A stretch of DNA of 64,000 nt from Amphiscolops sp. MND2022 (Eukaryota). Below the pieces are notes generated by a model. The model had not been told where the DNA came from. It did not search any database and saw only the letters and a program-made list of their open reading frames with translations. Position numbers and translations under genes: made by a program. Shown one piece after another: positions 24,961-38,918 of this stretch. The stretch spans positions 60,390,001-60,454,000 of the forward strand of contig OZ076409.1 of assembly GCA_964187785.1 (NCBI GenBank), written 5' to 3'. The first letter of the stretch is position 1, and each line of letters starts with the position of its first letter.

Positions 24961-27900
24961 GGGGGACGTGGTTTTAGTGTCACTCGTTGAAGAAAGACTT
25001 GTGTGTTGAGTTTCAACAAGCCGCGACCCGCATAAGTCGGCGCCCGTTCAAGTTTCAGAAAAGCAAATTTCTTGAATATGCAAAGGACGTAACTGTTAAA
25101 ATTTTATCAATTTCTCAGTGCCAAAAAAATACACGGAGGGATCCGCATAGGGTTCGAAAACAACTTTTTCCCTACTACATACATTAAAAACTATTCTTGT
25201 TTCGAAAATTTCTTCATCGGAAAAGTCTCGAAGTGCCGAAAATGGACTTTTAAGAGGACACTATTGGGAAAACTTGTATCAAATGTACACAATCAAAAAT
25301 GCCCGATGGGATACCTATAAGTCTCGAAACCGTGTTTTCCGAAACTCGAAAGATCAAAAAAGTTATTACTAGTTTTTTGCTTCATTTTTTTCTGAACAAG
25401 TCCAAGTGCCTAAAAACCCAGAAGCAGACCGACCCTTCAAGTTCGCAAAACTTTTTTGCAAGCGGACACTTTGATCATACAATTTTTTTTTCGAAAGAAA
25501 GTTGTTCAGTGACTTTTTTCTCCATATCACAGAATTCAAATCGCACCTAAATGACCACCTTTACAGAATTTCTCTAGGCCTTCCTACCTTACTAGCAAGC
25601 AATCTTGTGTGTGCTTCCAACGGGTACCACCCTTGGTTACCATGGTTTTCAAAGATTTTGTCGTTACTGAACAGACAACTCAAAAATTGTTACTCAAAAA
25701 AGTTTTTTTCGGCACTGTGAGACTTTTTTTCAAAGTTCCTTGATGTTACCAAAGGGTCTTTGGCCATTTTGATTTTGTGCAACAAACTGGATGTTTGAAA
25801 AAACACAGAGGGTCCTCTCTCCTTCGTTTTTCGGAACCGATTTTTCCGTTGGAGTTTTTTCATCAGCTAACCCTGAAACGTCTGCTTACATTAATTTTAC
25901 TAGTTCAAGTATGAAAAGAAAGTCAAACTTAACCTTGTATTTGGAATCAATCTGGTCACTGGTATTTTGAATTAGTATACTTTATTGGAGACTCTCAAAC
26001 CATTCACAAAACCATTGCAGTTTTTTTCGGCAATCTGCAATTTCGGTATTTTTTGACATTTTAAGGACAAAAAAGCGGCTGACAAGCATTACTTTCGGAT
26101 GAATTTAAAACCTTTCAAAACATAAAGGGTCCTCATGTCCATAAAGGATAGTTTTCAGCACTGTGGATTTTTGAAAAGTATATTGTTAAAGTTCATTCAA
26201 GCAAACCAGTTTTCCCTCACAAGCGTGAGATTATGCAAAAAAATTGATGTCAACAAAATAATGAGAACTAGGGTTTTAGAAAATATTAAAAAGTACTTTT
26301 AGTACAATACATTAGGTGTAAGATTGAGCTGTTAACGACTGCGGGGGTGAAGGAAAAAGTGTCGAAAAACTTATGGAAAACAATTTGGAGAAACTTTCTT
26401 TTCATGTCTTTTCCTTCCGTTTTGAGGCGATGAAAAGCTCCATACTATAGATTCATAGTATAAATCAAACTTGCTGCCAAAGGTATTGTACTATCCATAC
26501 TATGGAGTCATTAGCAAGTAAAGTCAAAAACTGTAAGCGAATAAATTTCGTCACAACTTGGTAAAGCTTTTTTCAGTCTCTGTGTGAAACATACGTCAAT
26601 GAAATCTCGACCGAACTTTCTAACGTTCAGTTTTGAGAAATGAAAAAATCAATGTTGGCTAGAATTTAAAATCCGTCATATGCTATACGAGATAAACAAG
26701 AACGTGAGAAAAAGCATCCCGACAACTTGGCCGACGCCCGCCGAATCACCGCCTTTAAGAGAACGAATGATCACCAAAATTTAGACTGTTATTGATCTTC
26801 GAAATCCGATTTCGAGCTATTTTCTTCCTAAACACTCTGAGAACCTCACTTGAAACGAGGTTTTTTGAAGAAAACTTGAACCGAAAAAAGTAGCTTTTAT
26901 TCCTCGACAAAAACTGAATGAAGTTTCACAACCTGATATCATTCAAATTTTTGATTTTGAAAAAATTGCTAAAAATAAAAATCTTTCACATTTAGTAGTG
27001 TCTTTTCAACAACTTTCGTTATATCTAAGTTTTCAGTAGTTCGTGATTTTTAGGAGGTGAGGAAACGGCTTTAGTCGACGAGACACGCTCAAAGAAATAT
27101 ATTTGAAAAACCGCCGGTGACCAACGGGGTATTTTCCGCATTAACTTGTTTTAGCAACCACGTAGCTTTAAAGCTGGCTCAAGATTAGCCAATGCATGAT
27201 GAAAGCGCACAGAAATTTAAAAAAATGAAAGATTTGACACTTGTTGATTCATGTTTCCTATTTTGAAAGGAAACGCTTGATATACGAACACGCTGAGTAC
27301 ATAACTGTTTTGTTGTACTGTGTGGAAAAAAGCACCCATGTACATTTTTAACCAAATGCAACCCAAATGACGAACACAGTCCGAAGTTGAGAAGAAAACA
27401 CAAGAAATTCATTTCCCGAAATTCGCAGAATCTTGGATTGGTCCATTCATTAAGTTTCGAATATGTTGCATTTCTCGATACCGTCTCTCCAAAGCAAGCT
27501 ACAGTACCATAGTTGCAGCCAAGTGGTCAACTGATGGTGGACTCGAAGCGGTGTTATTCGCTTCAAGTCACAAGTACCAACTAACTGTTCTTGTGTTTTC
27601 AATTTTTTTGAGAAACGTTTATTGACTTCTTTTCGAAACGCAAACTGATAGTTTAAAGGTTCAGGACTGAGCCTGCTGAAGTTTCTAATTCATGAAAACA
27701 TTCACAAATTGTCCGAGTTTGGAGTCCATTATCAGAAAAAGGAACAAATCGGAAAATTTTCTTCTTTTGTTGTCACACTCGAGTAACTCTCCGGATACAA
27801 AATCGCGATTTCTCTCCTAAATAGCGTACAGAAGATCCTTTTGTTTCAACGTTCAGATCAATGGACTCTAATCTACGAAAAATCTACGAGCTAAGGAAAT

Positions 27901-28029
27901 CTGAATCTACGAATAACTTCACGACACGAAGAAAATTTAGGACTTATTTGTCTAAACAACGAACGCATTTTTTGCAGTTTTTGAGGGTAGTATTGCTGCA
28001 CTTTTTCCAAAAGAAACAGAGAGGAGTCC

Positions 28030-28743
28030 TGGGAATACTGGTGTATTCGTCGTTCAACAGTTTCAATCTTCTAATCTACGAACGTTTCATACATTTCACA
28101 AAAACTGGACAAAAAAGGACAAAATTAGAAGATTTGGTATTTTTCGACCAATTTGTAGTCATTCTGACGTAAACTTTTGCAAATTCGACAAAATTGGCAT
28201 CACAAAAGCAAACTGTATAGCTAGTTTTACCATCGATGAGTTTTTTAAACGTTGTTACCAACGAATCTTTTTCAATAGTTAACAAAAATGGCAAAAAATG
28301 ATAAAAATAGGCAGTTTTGATTTTTGCAACTACTTTGCGTCATTTTGAGGCAACAACGAAAAACTGCAGATATATCTTCAGAAAAAGTTACAAGATAACA
28401 ATTTCATTCGTTATTGAACATTTTCAAGATTCTAACCCACGAAATCCCTCAAAACTACACTTTTTGCTTGAAAAACGACAAAATGGAAACTTTAGTCAAT
28501 TTTTACTTTTTGGGGTCAAAATAAGACATTTTATAACAAACGCTGCATATATTGCTTCAAAAAGCCTGCTGGACAACGCTTCCATTCTTTTTCGAACGTT
28601 TCAAACGATATAGCTCACAAAATCTTTCGAAAATTTTACAAAAATTGAATGAACAAGCTAAAACTTGGAATGTTTTTGGATTTTTGCAGTCGTCATTTTG
28701 TGGTCAACTAATAATCTCTACGAATACTTCTCGCACGAAACTA
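28030..28743 (+). repeat. Second block of the same degenerate long-period repeat as 22.3-24.4 kb, abutting the Tc1 insertion
   Basis: GCCTGCTGGACAAC...CGAACGTTTCAAAC (28564) and TTGAACATTTTCAAGATTCTAACCCACG (28414) match the 23.8-24.3 kb units. Confidence 0.5.
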
Positions 28744-30026
28744 CAGTAGCGTTCTAAAATATTGCAACCTCTTCGACGGTTTTCTAGGCAAATATTATCA
28801 AATATCTCAGACTCTAGGGTAGCTAGGAAAAAAAAGGTTTCATTCGAAAGGTAATTTGACAAGCTTTCTCACAAAAGTTTGTTTATTTTCATTCTCATAA
28901 CCAAAGATGCCTCAAACCTGCGCTAAAGATAGAGCAACTATTATAACTTTATATCGCAAGAAAATCAGTTTATCTCTGATTTCCAAAATACTGAGCATTC
29001 ATAAAAGCACCGTTTCACGTGTTATTCGGAGATTTCTGGAACGAGGAACAATTCAGCGCAAATTCAGCCCCGGAAGACCCCGAAAATGTACCAAATTTAC
29101 TGAAAAAACCGTTGTTCGGAGCTGTAAAAAAGACCTTTTTTAACAGCTTCTGAAATTGCCCAGACTTTACCAATTATGATCGCACCTTCTACGGTCCGCA
29201 AAATTTTGTGTAAATACAATTTGAAGGCAAAAGTTTACAACAAAAATATCATTATTTCCCACATTAATTGGGTGAAAAGGGTCACTTTTTGCAGAACAAA
29301 ATTATATCAAAATTCGACGAAAAATGGACTAAACTGGTGGAATGTCGTTTTTTCTGACGAAACGATGATTGAATTACAACCTACTCGTCGGATACTTGTC
29401 AGAAGACCACCTAATTTAGGTTTTCATCCGTTATTTACGCCAAAATTCAAAAAAGTGCCAGCAAAAAAATTGATGATCTGGGGATGTGTCAGATCGAATG
29501 GCGAAAGATTGATTTTTCCCATCAAAAACAAAGTCAACGCTGATGTTTACATCGATTGTCTAGAAAACAAGGTTCTACCCTTTCTGAATCTCCATGAAGT
29601 TTTTCAACAGGACAACGCACCGGCTCATACAGCAGAAAAAACGATGGTTTTTTTCAAGAGAATGCCTTCACGTTACTGGAAAACTGGCCCCCACAATCTC
29701 CGGACTTGAATATTATCGAAAATTTGTGGCACATTTTGAAGAAAAATGTTATTCGAAGAAGCCCTGAAACGTTGGAACAACTTTGGACTTTCACGGAGGA
29801 AGAATTTTACCGAATTCCAAACTTCTACATAAAAACACTTTATGCATCTATTCCGAGACGAATACAAGGAATTTTGAAAAATAAAGGATACCCAACGAAA
29901 TATTAGACTGTTAATAACGTTTTCTTACTTTAACGCTTTTTTGTACGATGTATTTTTTGTGGCCTAATTTAATTTTGAAATTTCGTTTTCATTTTCAAAG
30001 AGTTGCATTATTTTAGAACGCTACTG
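28744..30026 (+). mobile_element. Full-length Tc1-like (IS630-Tc1-mariner) DNA transposon, 1283 bp
   Basis: TIRs CAGTAGCGTTCTAAAATATTGCAAC / GTTGCATTATTTTAGAACGCTACTG (24/25 match). TA at 28742-28743 and 30027-30028. Internal transposase gene. Confidence 0.96.
28907..29906 (+). pseudogene. Tc1-family transposase with two single-base frameshifts
   Basis: N-terminal HTH (ISKILSIHKSTVSRVIRRF) and GRPRK linker. Catalytic motifs VVFSDET, MIWGC, FQQDNAPAH, WPPQSPDLNIIENLW and C-terminal KGYPTKY*. Frameshifts at ~29133-29141 and ~29648-29654. Confidence 0.93.
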
Positions 30027-31075
30027 TAAGTTTGTGGCAGTTGAATTCTTTGGATCAACCCTTTCATTTCGGGAATGGAACATGGCAAATTTTAGAAACA
30101 AAACGAGATTAATATTTTTCTTTCATATATAAAACATGGGCGGAAAATTGAAAAATATTTATCTATATTTCTAAAACCACCTAAAAAGACACCTAAAAAA
30201 GACTCGAAAAACCTGAAAACATCAAAAAACCCAAGTGTGTAGTAGCCCAGTGCTGAAGCAACCCTCACCAGACACACCCTATTTTTTCAAATTGAAACAT
30301 TGTTGTATTCAATCGCTAAGAACAGCTCATTAAACATAGAATTACTGTAAAACAAGGAAGTTACTTATTAGGTTTTTCTAAAAGTATAACCGCCTTCCTC
30401 CGTACTCAAGCTACAATTGACAACCAACTGAATATTATACAAAACAAATTTGCTAAAAATTTGCGAACAAAAATGAGGGTTTGAATCCAATAATAGTTGA
30501 CGTTTGTATCTTTTCCGTAACTTAATTTCTATTCTGGAAAGTTCACTTTTGGAGGCTCATAAGACGCCGAAATACCTAAGGCCGACAATCTTCCGGCAAT
30601 GTGAGACTGAAAACGTGTTAATTTTCGCGAAACTTTTTTGCTGTTAAGTTCTACATTTTTGCATTGTCCTATTGCTCCAGAAATGATTCTTGGCTACTTT
30701 CAGCAGAAAGTCTCAATTCTGATGTTTCCCTACTTCATACTAATGATAAACACTTTTCACAGCAATAACTTTGGTATATTTTAGCCGGACGTTTCTTGTG
30801 AAAACTTTTTTTGAATTTGCATGTTGGATATATATTGCTTTAAAGTCTGCAGGTTGGAAAATTCAGTTACCTTTTCTTTGTGAATCTATAGTTGCTTTGT
30901 TGCTGAGAAAAGGTGTTCAATTTTTCCAGAAGGCGTCTTCTAAATATATCCGAGAAATTCAGCAGTGCCACTGCACCTCTTGTTACATATAATATGGTTT
31001 GATTTATCACACTACTTTTCATGCGTTAAGAATTTGTTCATATTCTCATAGTTCAAAAAGTAATTTTTTATTTAG

Positions 31076-31235
31076 ATTCAAGTGAGAGATGCTGACCTCG
31101 ATGATGAGATCTCTTTCGATCTGGTTGCTTTGTCCGAAGAAGATGAAGGAATTTTCTCCTTGGACCCGGAAACGGGAGAACTGCGTACAGCGGAAAATTG
31201 GGAAAATGAAAACAGGACAGAGTATTCATTCACAA
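31076..31235 (+). CDS. Cadherin gene, first exon visible in the window (internal exon, phase 0/1)
   Basis: TTTTTATTTAG acceptor and GTTAGT donor. Translates IQVRDADLDDEISFDL...GIFSLDPETGELRT...EYSFT, part of a cadherin repeat. This frame is absent from the ORF track. Confidence 0.88.
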
Positions 31236-34200
31236 GTTAGTATACCTTTCAAGTTAGATGAGAAAGCTTTCTGCCAGCCACAAAATTCGACCCCTCCCTC
31301 CATTATCCTTGCCTCCGCACCCTTTTTCAGTTGATGGGCTCTAATTGGGAACAAAAGTTTAGATTAGGTAGGTATTTTGGGCTGTTGCAGGCAGCTTTTT
31401 GAGTAAAACCCAAATCATATCTGACGTTTTGCTCACATCTTGAAACAAAGAAAACCCCATATTACAAGCAACGTAAACCTGATAATAAACCCTCTACTGT
31501 GGTGACTGTTTCACTTTCCAACTTTTGATGGGTTTGCATAAAGGGAAAATGCGGTACATCAACAGATGCAGACATTTGCGCTCAAAACTTGCCCCCAAAT
31601 AAATCAATTATCCAGAGTTTGTCTTTACGAAAGGTCAACTGCCAAAAGTCAAAGCGTCTGGTGTTAACTTACCACGCAAATAATACCCCTGCAACTATCA
31701 CATCATTCAACAAGTATCACCTGACCAATTATGACCACGAAAAGCAGCCAATTTTGCATGGATTATCTCGCCGTGATTCATGCTGACGACACGTTGAGAT
31801 TAAGTCATTGCCACTGCGCAACGATTATGGAATAACCAGCATTTCTATTGACAAGACGAGAGTTATACAACTTTTGGGAGGACTCAAATGTGACTTGTTC
31901 ATTTCGTTCGTGGGTTACTGGTCCCTCAAAAAGACACTCATCCCTACTTGAAGATTCATCCCCCGATTTTAAGGAACATCAGGCCAACCTTTTTACGTTT
32001 TCTGCCCACTAAAGGTGTGGCTTTAAATTCTCCTCTGTTCCAAATCTTGGTCTATGATCAGCTAAATCGGTTTTACGTTCGTGTTTTTCCCAATATTTGA
32101 TTTCCATTCCTTGCTGAACTTGTAAATTAAGACGACTCATATGAAAAAATTACTTTTAGAAAACGGAAACGCTGGACTGCAAGATTTTTAAGTATAGTCG
32201 TGATGGAACAAAAGTATACTACTTGGGTAAAGTATACTACTTGGGTACATGACCTTTAAGCTGTTACGTAATCGTCCAGTTGATGTGTATGCATGATTGT
32301 TCCTTCCTGGTTCTTTGTTGATTGTCTATTTTACAAATCACCTGTAATCGAGTTGTTTAACCGCAAATGACGCCATTGAACATCAGCATATGTCATTAAG
32401 ATCGTTGCTTAAGACCCAAGATCCATCTTCATTGAAACTGAATAATGAACAAAACTAATGATACCTCGGAGAAACGTGAAAGTTAAACAAACCCTTTATG
32501 AGATGATTTAGACATTGCTAGAACAAACATGCTTTTCCTATTTTGGACAATTTCAGTTTCCGGTTTGAGTTCAGTGATCATTCGAATTTATAATCGGACA
32601 ATGAACTCTCAGAAGCTCGTTTATTCCAAACCGATTTAACTCACAAACTGAAAATTATCGAAAGGACCACATGTGTATTAAAGACATATTGAAAATTTGT
32701 ATCATTCAATAATCTGAACTCAACACATTCTACGGAACATCAATTCGAAACAGCGAAAAATCTATTCGAAGCTATCATTTTTCTCTAATTGAAAACAAAC
32801 AGACTTTGACAGCTAAGTTACCTGCTATGTTTTGATATTTTTTGTCCGTATTTCTTTCACGATATCAAGTTATTACGTAACAAGACAAAATGTGACGTCA
32901 TCTAATCTGACGTTCATTAAAAACTGTACGGGCATGAATTAAGAAAGGTATAGCGTGAAAAAAGTTACGTCATCAGTTCTGATGCCGGGATTTTTAGAAA
33001 ACTTTTTTTCAGCTCATTCGTGAATTGATTATCGCACCAAAGAATGTAAAAATGAATAATTTAGAGTGTGCTGCTTTTTTGTAGGGTAGCATTTTGTACT
33101 TTTACAAATTATTTGCTGGTTATATAATTGGTTTATAACTAATCGTTATATGATTACTATTTACCAAGATTTAAATTTTAAAGACTCACGGCGACAAATT
33201 GGCATATTAATTATCTTTCAATCACTTGAAAAAGTTTTTCAAGTTTTTTCAATTGGCTGGTTTGGAGTGGCTAAAGCTAAAACAAGTGAAACGTGATTCG
33301 CTGCAGCATACGCTTTCTGTCACAATCGTTCATCTGATAATTTTTCTGCTTATTGGGTTTCATTTTTCAACCCATACTCTTACAAACGATCCATTCATCA
33401 ATTTGTTAAACGCTTCAAGTTGAGTACTTTATAATTATAAATATACATGTATCTGCATTAGCTGTTTGTCGATATTGAGCCGAAGCGCGTAATCAAAATA
33501 CCATACAATTATCAAATCTACAAAATCTATTGGTATTACAAAGTTATTTCATCAGCATCACTTCAAATATACAACAAATTATTTTACACAGATTTTTACA
33601 AATTATGGAAATACCATTTTACTGTATTGTCATTCCTCAGAAATTTATCAGCAAATGAAATTGACGAAATCTACGATTTGTTGAGAAATAAATCCCTTTT
33701 GACAAAAGCGGCGGAATCCAAATTTTGCGCATTTATGGAGTAGTGCAAAATTTAAATTCTTGTCATCGAATCATATTTCAGTATTCAGTCCGCGCCGCTC
33801 TTTGTTTCTTAACAAATTCGACTGCATAATGTCCGTCGTTCTTGTGCCGCCGTTTCTGGTACATTTAGATTCGGAACAATAGGAAAAGTTAGCTAGTAAT
33901 AGGAGCAATTGAAGAATTACTGACTGACTTGGTCAGAAAGCAGTGGTTGAAAGCCAACTTCGGGTATTTGCATCAATGATAGTCGCCAACCAACTGCTGA
34001 AGCATCGGCCTTTCTTTTGCCAACTACTGTAGCTGCCTGTCTCGAGATTTGAATAGTACGATCTGCAATTACACATTTTACTATATTTGTAGTGTTTCAC
34101 GTCTGCTTAATATACTCGATTTACTGGCCAATACTGTAACTAGCAGCATATAAAACACATTACCTGAACGAGGTAATAGCAGTGAAATACAGCAGCAGTT

Positions 34201-37200
34201 TCTTGATATTATTATTGTCTTGTACTTTTTCTAAAACTTTCGACGGTTTCACCGTACAGGTGATGGTCAACCGAACGGGCGCTAAACGCGACCAAGGTAC
34301 TTCTCGTGTAACCCTCGCTCAAGCTAATTTAACGACCTCGGCAGACCCGAAATACATCGTGGTTTTACTACCTGCAAGTCTAACAACTGAATTCTTTTGT
34401 CCCTTCGGTTCGAGTTTGCTGTAATTTCTTCTGCTTTTCTGCAGCCGTTAACGAAGAAATTTAAGAATTACAGCTCAGTAGAGTACTGTTCAAGTAGGCT
34501 GCTGAATTCTTACTGCTTTATACGATAAATTCACAGTGGTGGCTTTCTCTGCTAGTAGTAAATTCTTTTCTAAATAAATTCTGTTCGTTGCTGGATTTAT
34601 TTTCCTTTCCTCTTCAACCGAAGTCGGCGATTTTAATTGCACGGCTCGGGAGTAATTCAGGAGTAAATTTTAGCGACGGTTTTTTCTTTCTGCTGAACTT
34701 TTCCTCGATTCCTCAGCCATTCTACTGCTTCCTTACTCTACTCGGGTTAGAAGAATAGAACTACTGTAGTATTCCCCGTACCTCTGCTAAACTAGCGGCG
34801 CTTGAACGAACAATTCCGCTCTTTCTTTCTGCTCCAATTCAGCTCAATTCAATTCATTTCAACTCTTCTCAATTCTATTCGATTTTGTTCTGCGCTAAAG
34901 TCTGATTGGAATTTGAATCTCCTATCTTGACTTGGACCACCGCTTGCTAGGAAAAAGCGGAGCGGAAAAGAAGAATTGCCCAGGAAGAAATTGTTCAGTC
35001 CTGATTTTGTTCAGCCTCCATTCATTCAGCGGAGCACCAAGTGTTGAGCAAGTCTCACTTCCAAGTTAATTATCCTGCACCACAAATACTTTTCTTCTTT
35101 CTCACTTTTCCTTATTTTTTTTTCGTTCTTTCTTCCAGCAATACCTGAACGCGCCCCCAAATTGAGTAACCCGCCTTTTTCCGGTACTCGCCGCATACCT
35201 GTCTGCTACCTTTTTCCCAAAAGAAGGAAAAGCCACGAAATCAGGAAAAAAGAGGAATTCTTCTGCTCTTACTTCATTGTTCTGTTGCGTTCATTCCTCA
35301 TTTTAACTCATAGCTGCAGCCTTTCACTCCACTTTTTTTGACAAATTTGATATTTTTCCTGATCTATAACAGCAAACTCGACCTCTTATTTTCCACCGCA
35401 GGTAGTTTGCTATATTATCCCATTTACTTCGCCATTACCAACACATTACCCCGAATAAATTTTCTTCCCATTTCCCGCCTTCTGTACTTTTTGACGCTAC
35501 TCTCAAAAGTAGTTCCTGCCAAATTGTTCTTAGAATTCAATCTCTGCCTTTGCGGGTTATTAAATTTTCTCATCAAAAGTTGCAGAATTGTCTGTAGAAA
35601 AATACCAAGCATACTTGTGACTTTCTTTGTTTCCAACGCTGTTTAGTCGCCGTGTTCTTCCCGGCGATAAATCAATTTCAGTTATCTGTGTGGATTTCTG
35701 CAGATTTTTGGCCGCCTCGAATCAAGAATTTGCCGCATGCTTTTGGAAGAGCAGCTAGAAAATAAGAAGCATCGACACCCAAGCTAGAGCTCAACCAAAA
35801 TAAGGCACCCAGGAAACAAGTTGAGAGTCGAATACCCTACAGCATCGTCTCCTCCGATTGTCATAAAAAAGGGACAGAAATTGGGAGAGAAAGTCCTGTG
35901 GGAACAAACATATTTCACAACTCATTTTACCACGCATCATTCAATTTATACCATTTCTGTTGCACCATCGCACAGCTCGTCCTACTGCGCAGAATTCCGG
36001 TTGCCCTAATCGAAATAGGATAAGAGATTACGTATCTACTACCATTGAGACAATACAGCGCACAAATAAATCTCAACAAAAAACAGGGAAAAACAAGGAA
36101 ATTGCAACAATGGCGGATACACGGCAGCAAGTCATAGTGTCGATGATAGCTCTTGTCAGCAGTTATCCCAGAACGGACATAGTGGAAAAATAAACCAACA
36201 ACGAACCAGTTTTCCCGCGCTTTTTACCCGCCAAATTTTACTGTCAACCTCTGCCCCCTTCCTGATATTAACCATCAATCTTGCTCTTTATCTTGTTCTA
36301 TTTATTCACATTTCAGCTCCGTTTACTTTCGCGGGGAGGAGAAGCGAAAATATAGGAGAAATAAGAAAGAGGAAAATTTCAACAACCTTATAACGAGTTG
36401 TCTTGCTCCAATATAAACCTTTCTATCTGTCTGTCCTATCTTCCTACCTCCCAATTTTTCCATCATTGTCGATCAACATCACTCAATTTCCCGCTTTTTT
36501 GCAACATTTTCAACATTTTGCTGCTGTCATCCGAGGCAAAGCGATCAAAATTTTCTCTTCATTTTATCACCAAGACTGTAAATCTACATTCTTTTCTGTT
36601 CTGTATTTTAACCCAGAACTAGCTGCTTATCATTCTTCCCGTACTTATATTTAATTTCTGCTCCATTTGGTGCAGAAAAACCCCAAAGGAATTGTCATAT
36701 TGTTCAGTGCTCTTCTCAAACTCAATGACGACACCAATTCGCTGTTCTGCATAAGAATGTACTCACTATTTTGAGCGGATATTGAAAAACAAGCCCATTG
36801 ATTTCAATTTATTTCGACATTCAATCAAGTCCAATTTCGTGCAATCCGTTGAGCTTCGGCCCCCATTTTTGCTCTTTATTTTTGTGTTGAAATAAGCACA
36901 ACTTTTTGCGGTTAATTTCATCGCCTTTCTTGACGCCAATTTCCCATCAGCGTTCTCTTGGAGTAACTACAGTCTGTTCTTTCTCTTGTTGCGAAATTGC
37001 CGTGGTAACAAAAGTGGAAAATTATTTTTGCTTAATCGCCAGCTCAATTTTTGTTATCAGCGGGGGATCCACTTACCTTTCCGCTGCTCATAATCTGGAA
37101 GACCAATCAGTGAAGAGTTTTCAACCATTAGGGGAAACCAGCGGCAACCGCTCGGCTTTGAGATAACCAAAATTGTTTCCATTTTGTCTTGGTTAAAAAT

Positions 37201-37791
37201 TCATCTCAAGAATCTTACAACACACGAAGGCCACCCTTTCTTGTAACTTCAAACCGAATCGGCGAAATCGTCAATCTACCAGTTTGTTAGAGAAAAGATG
37301 TTATTACAACTGCATCTGTGAAGTTGATTCTGTGATCATTGCGTCCCTATTACTCGCAATTCCGGTCGGAATTGATATTTACAAATCATAGCAATTTTAC
37401 AAATAAATTCTCCGCCCATGAAGCAACGAGAGCCAAATAGTGTCTGAAGTCGTGAATCTTTGTTGTTGTTTGTTAGAATCTAGTTATTTCTCTTTACAAA
37501 TTCTAATTCGTTGTTTATAGCAGTTTATCATTGATAGATTCAAAATGGTTTCTTCTAGTTGCCAAAAATCCATTGGGTCTTTGGGATCCTGCAGGTTTTC
37601 CAAAGGTTCCCAAACAACCACCGGGGTGTCTTTCGTTTCGGGGGGTTTGGGGTGCTTGCATTTTTGCTGGCAGAAATGCTTTTTGCTCATCATTTTCAAC
37701 GCTGCTTTAATCAGTGTCATTAACGACGGTGCTTCTCATTCAACTTCATTTTATTCAAGTTCAAAATCTTTCTTTTCTTCTTTCACTCCAG

Positions 37792-38025
37792 TCTTCGCAC
37801 GAGATGCCAAAAACAAGGTGCAACATCAGAGTGTGGCGCCCATGAAGATATACGTGGACAATCAGAACGACCATCCCCCCAAAATTGCAGACTGTCCACG
37901 TGACTTGTTTGTGCTGGAGGAACAGGATCAGCCAGTCATCGCCACTTTCAACGCTCACGATGATGACAAATCGGTCAATGGGGTCATTAGCTTCTCTTTG
38001 AAGTCCGATCCTGATACTTCAAACG
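37792..38025 (+). CDS. Cadherin gene exon (phase 1/1)
   Basis: Long pyrimidine tract + CAG acceptor, GTGAGT donor. Translates FARDAK...IYVDNQNDHPP...VLEE...AHDDDKSVNGVISF, in frame with both flanking exons. Confidence 0.93.
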
Positions 38026-38918
38026 GTGAGTAAAAATTCAAACACCTTCCCTTGGCTTATACCGTTTTTATATTCCAATATACACCTAATATATATAAGA
38101 GATACAGTGGTCATATATTTGTATATGTATATTACAAGTGCCTCTTGTGATGATATCACTAACACTGCGCTCACCCGCTCCTCTTAATTTGCTAATTTCC
38201 CTTTTTCCCTTTGATATTTTGTTTCCCTCCCCTGTTCATCTTATCTACCCCTGATTGAGGGGATTTACGGACGTGAACTCACCTTCTGTTGTGTGAATTT
38301 ATGGGTCAAAGAGGTTGTTACACCAAAAGGCGATAAAGCAGAAAATCGGACATCGATGATGATAAAAAATGAAATTAAAAATTAAAATATGGAAATTTTA
38401 ACAACCACAGCCGGCATAAAAAGTGGGAATTTTAAATTTTTGAGTACTTTTGAGCTGTTTTCTGTAGTGGAAAAAACAAAGGGGAAAAGCGTTATGTAGA
38501 AAATTACAAAAAAGCTGCTCAACTTTTAAAAAGGACTTCTTAGTTCACACCTGTGAGCTTTTCAGGTACGGCAGAGGTAACTTCTCTATTTCTCTCCCCT
38601 TTTTTCAAATCCGTGAATGCTCCTCAATTTAACAAAAGACTGATTCCGCTGTTTTAAGAGCATTCCAGGTCTGTTACAGTTAAATACTATCTAGTGCTAA
38701 CAATATTAATGAGATTACTCTTCAAACTAACAATTTCTTTTCAAAATAGTTGTTGAACCCGCGATACTTTACTTCGACCCGTAATGGGTAATTGGATTAT
38801 TTATTCGGTTAATCATTTATCCCCAACCGATTCGGTCGCCTTCGTTTCAAGTGCTCTTCATATACGAGTTTCACCACAGGGCATAAACAAAATGATTTTT
38901 ATATGCACTTTGCACGAA

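Noticed and set aside
32211..32246. 18-bp direct duplication AAAGTATACTACTTGGGT x2 (also an 11-bp TGATGTATTAA minisatellite at ~45350-45385)
   Set aside because: Ordinary slippage-type repeats with no further structure.
34614..34680. Minus-strand translation LKFTPELLPSRAIKIADFG* resembling kinase subdomain VII
   Set aside because: An immediate stop follows, with no HRD, APE or other kinase motif nearby and no splice signals. The DNA also overlaps AAGTCGGCG, a common repeat motif in this window. Treated as chance; BLASTX would settle it.
37545..37791. N-terminal extension of ORF 37545..38033
   Set aside because: This is intronic sequence upstream of a strong acceptor. Only 37792-38025 is cadherin-like.
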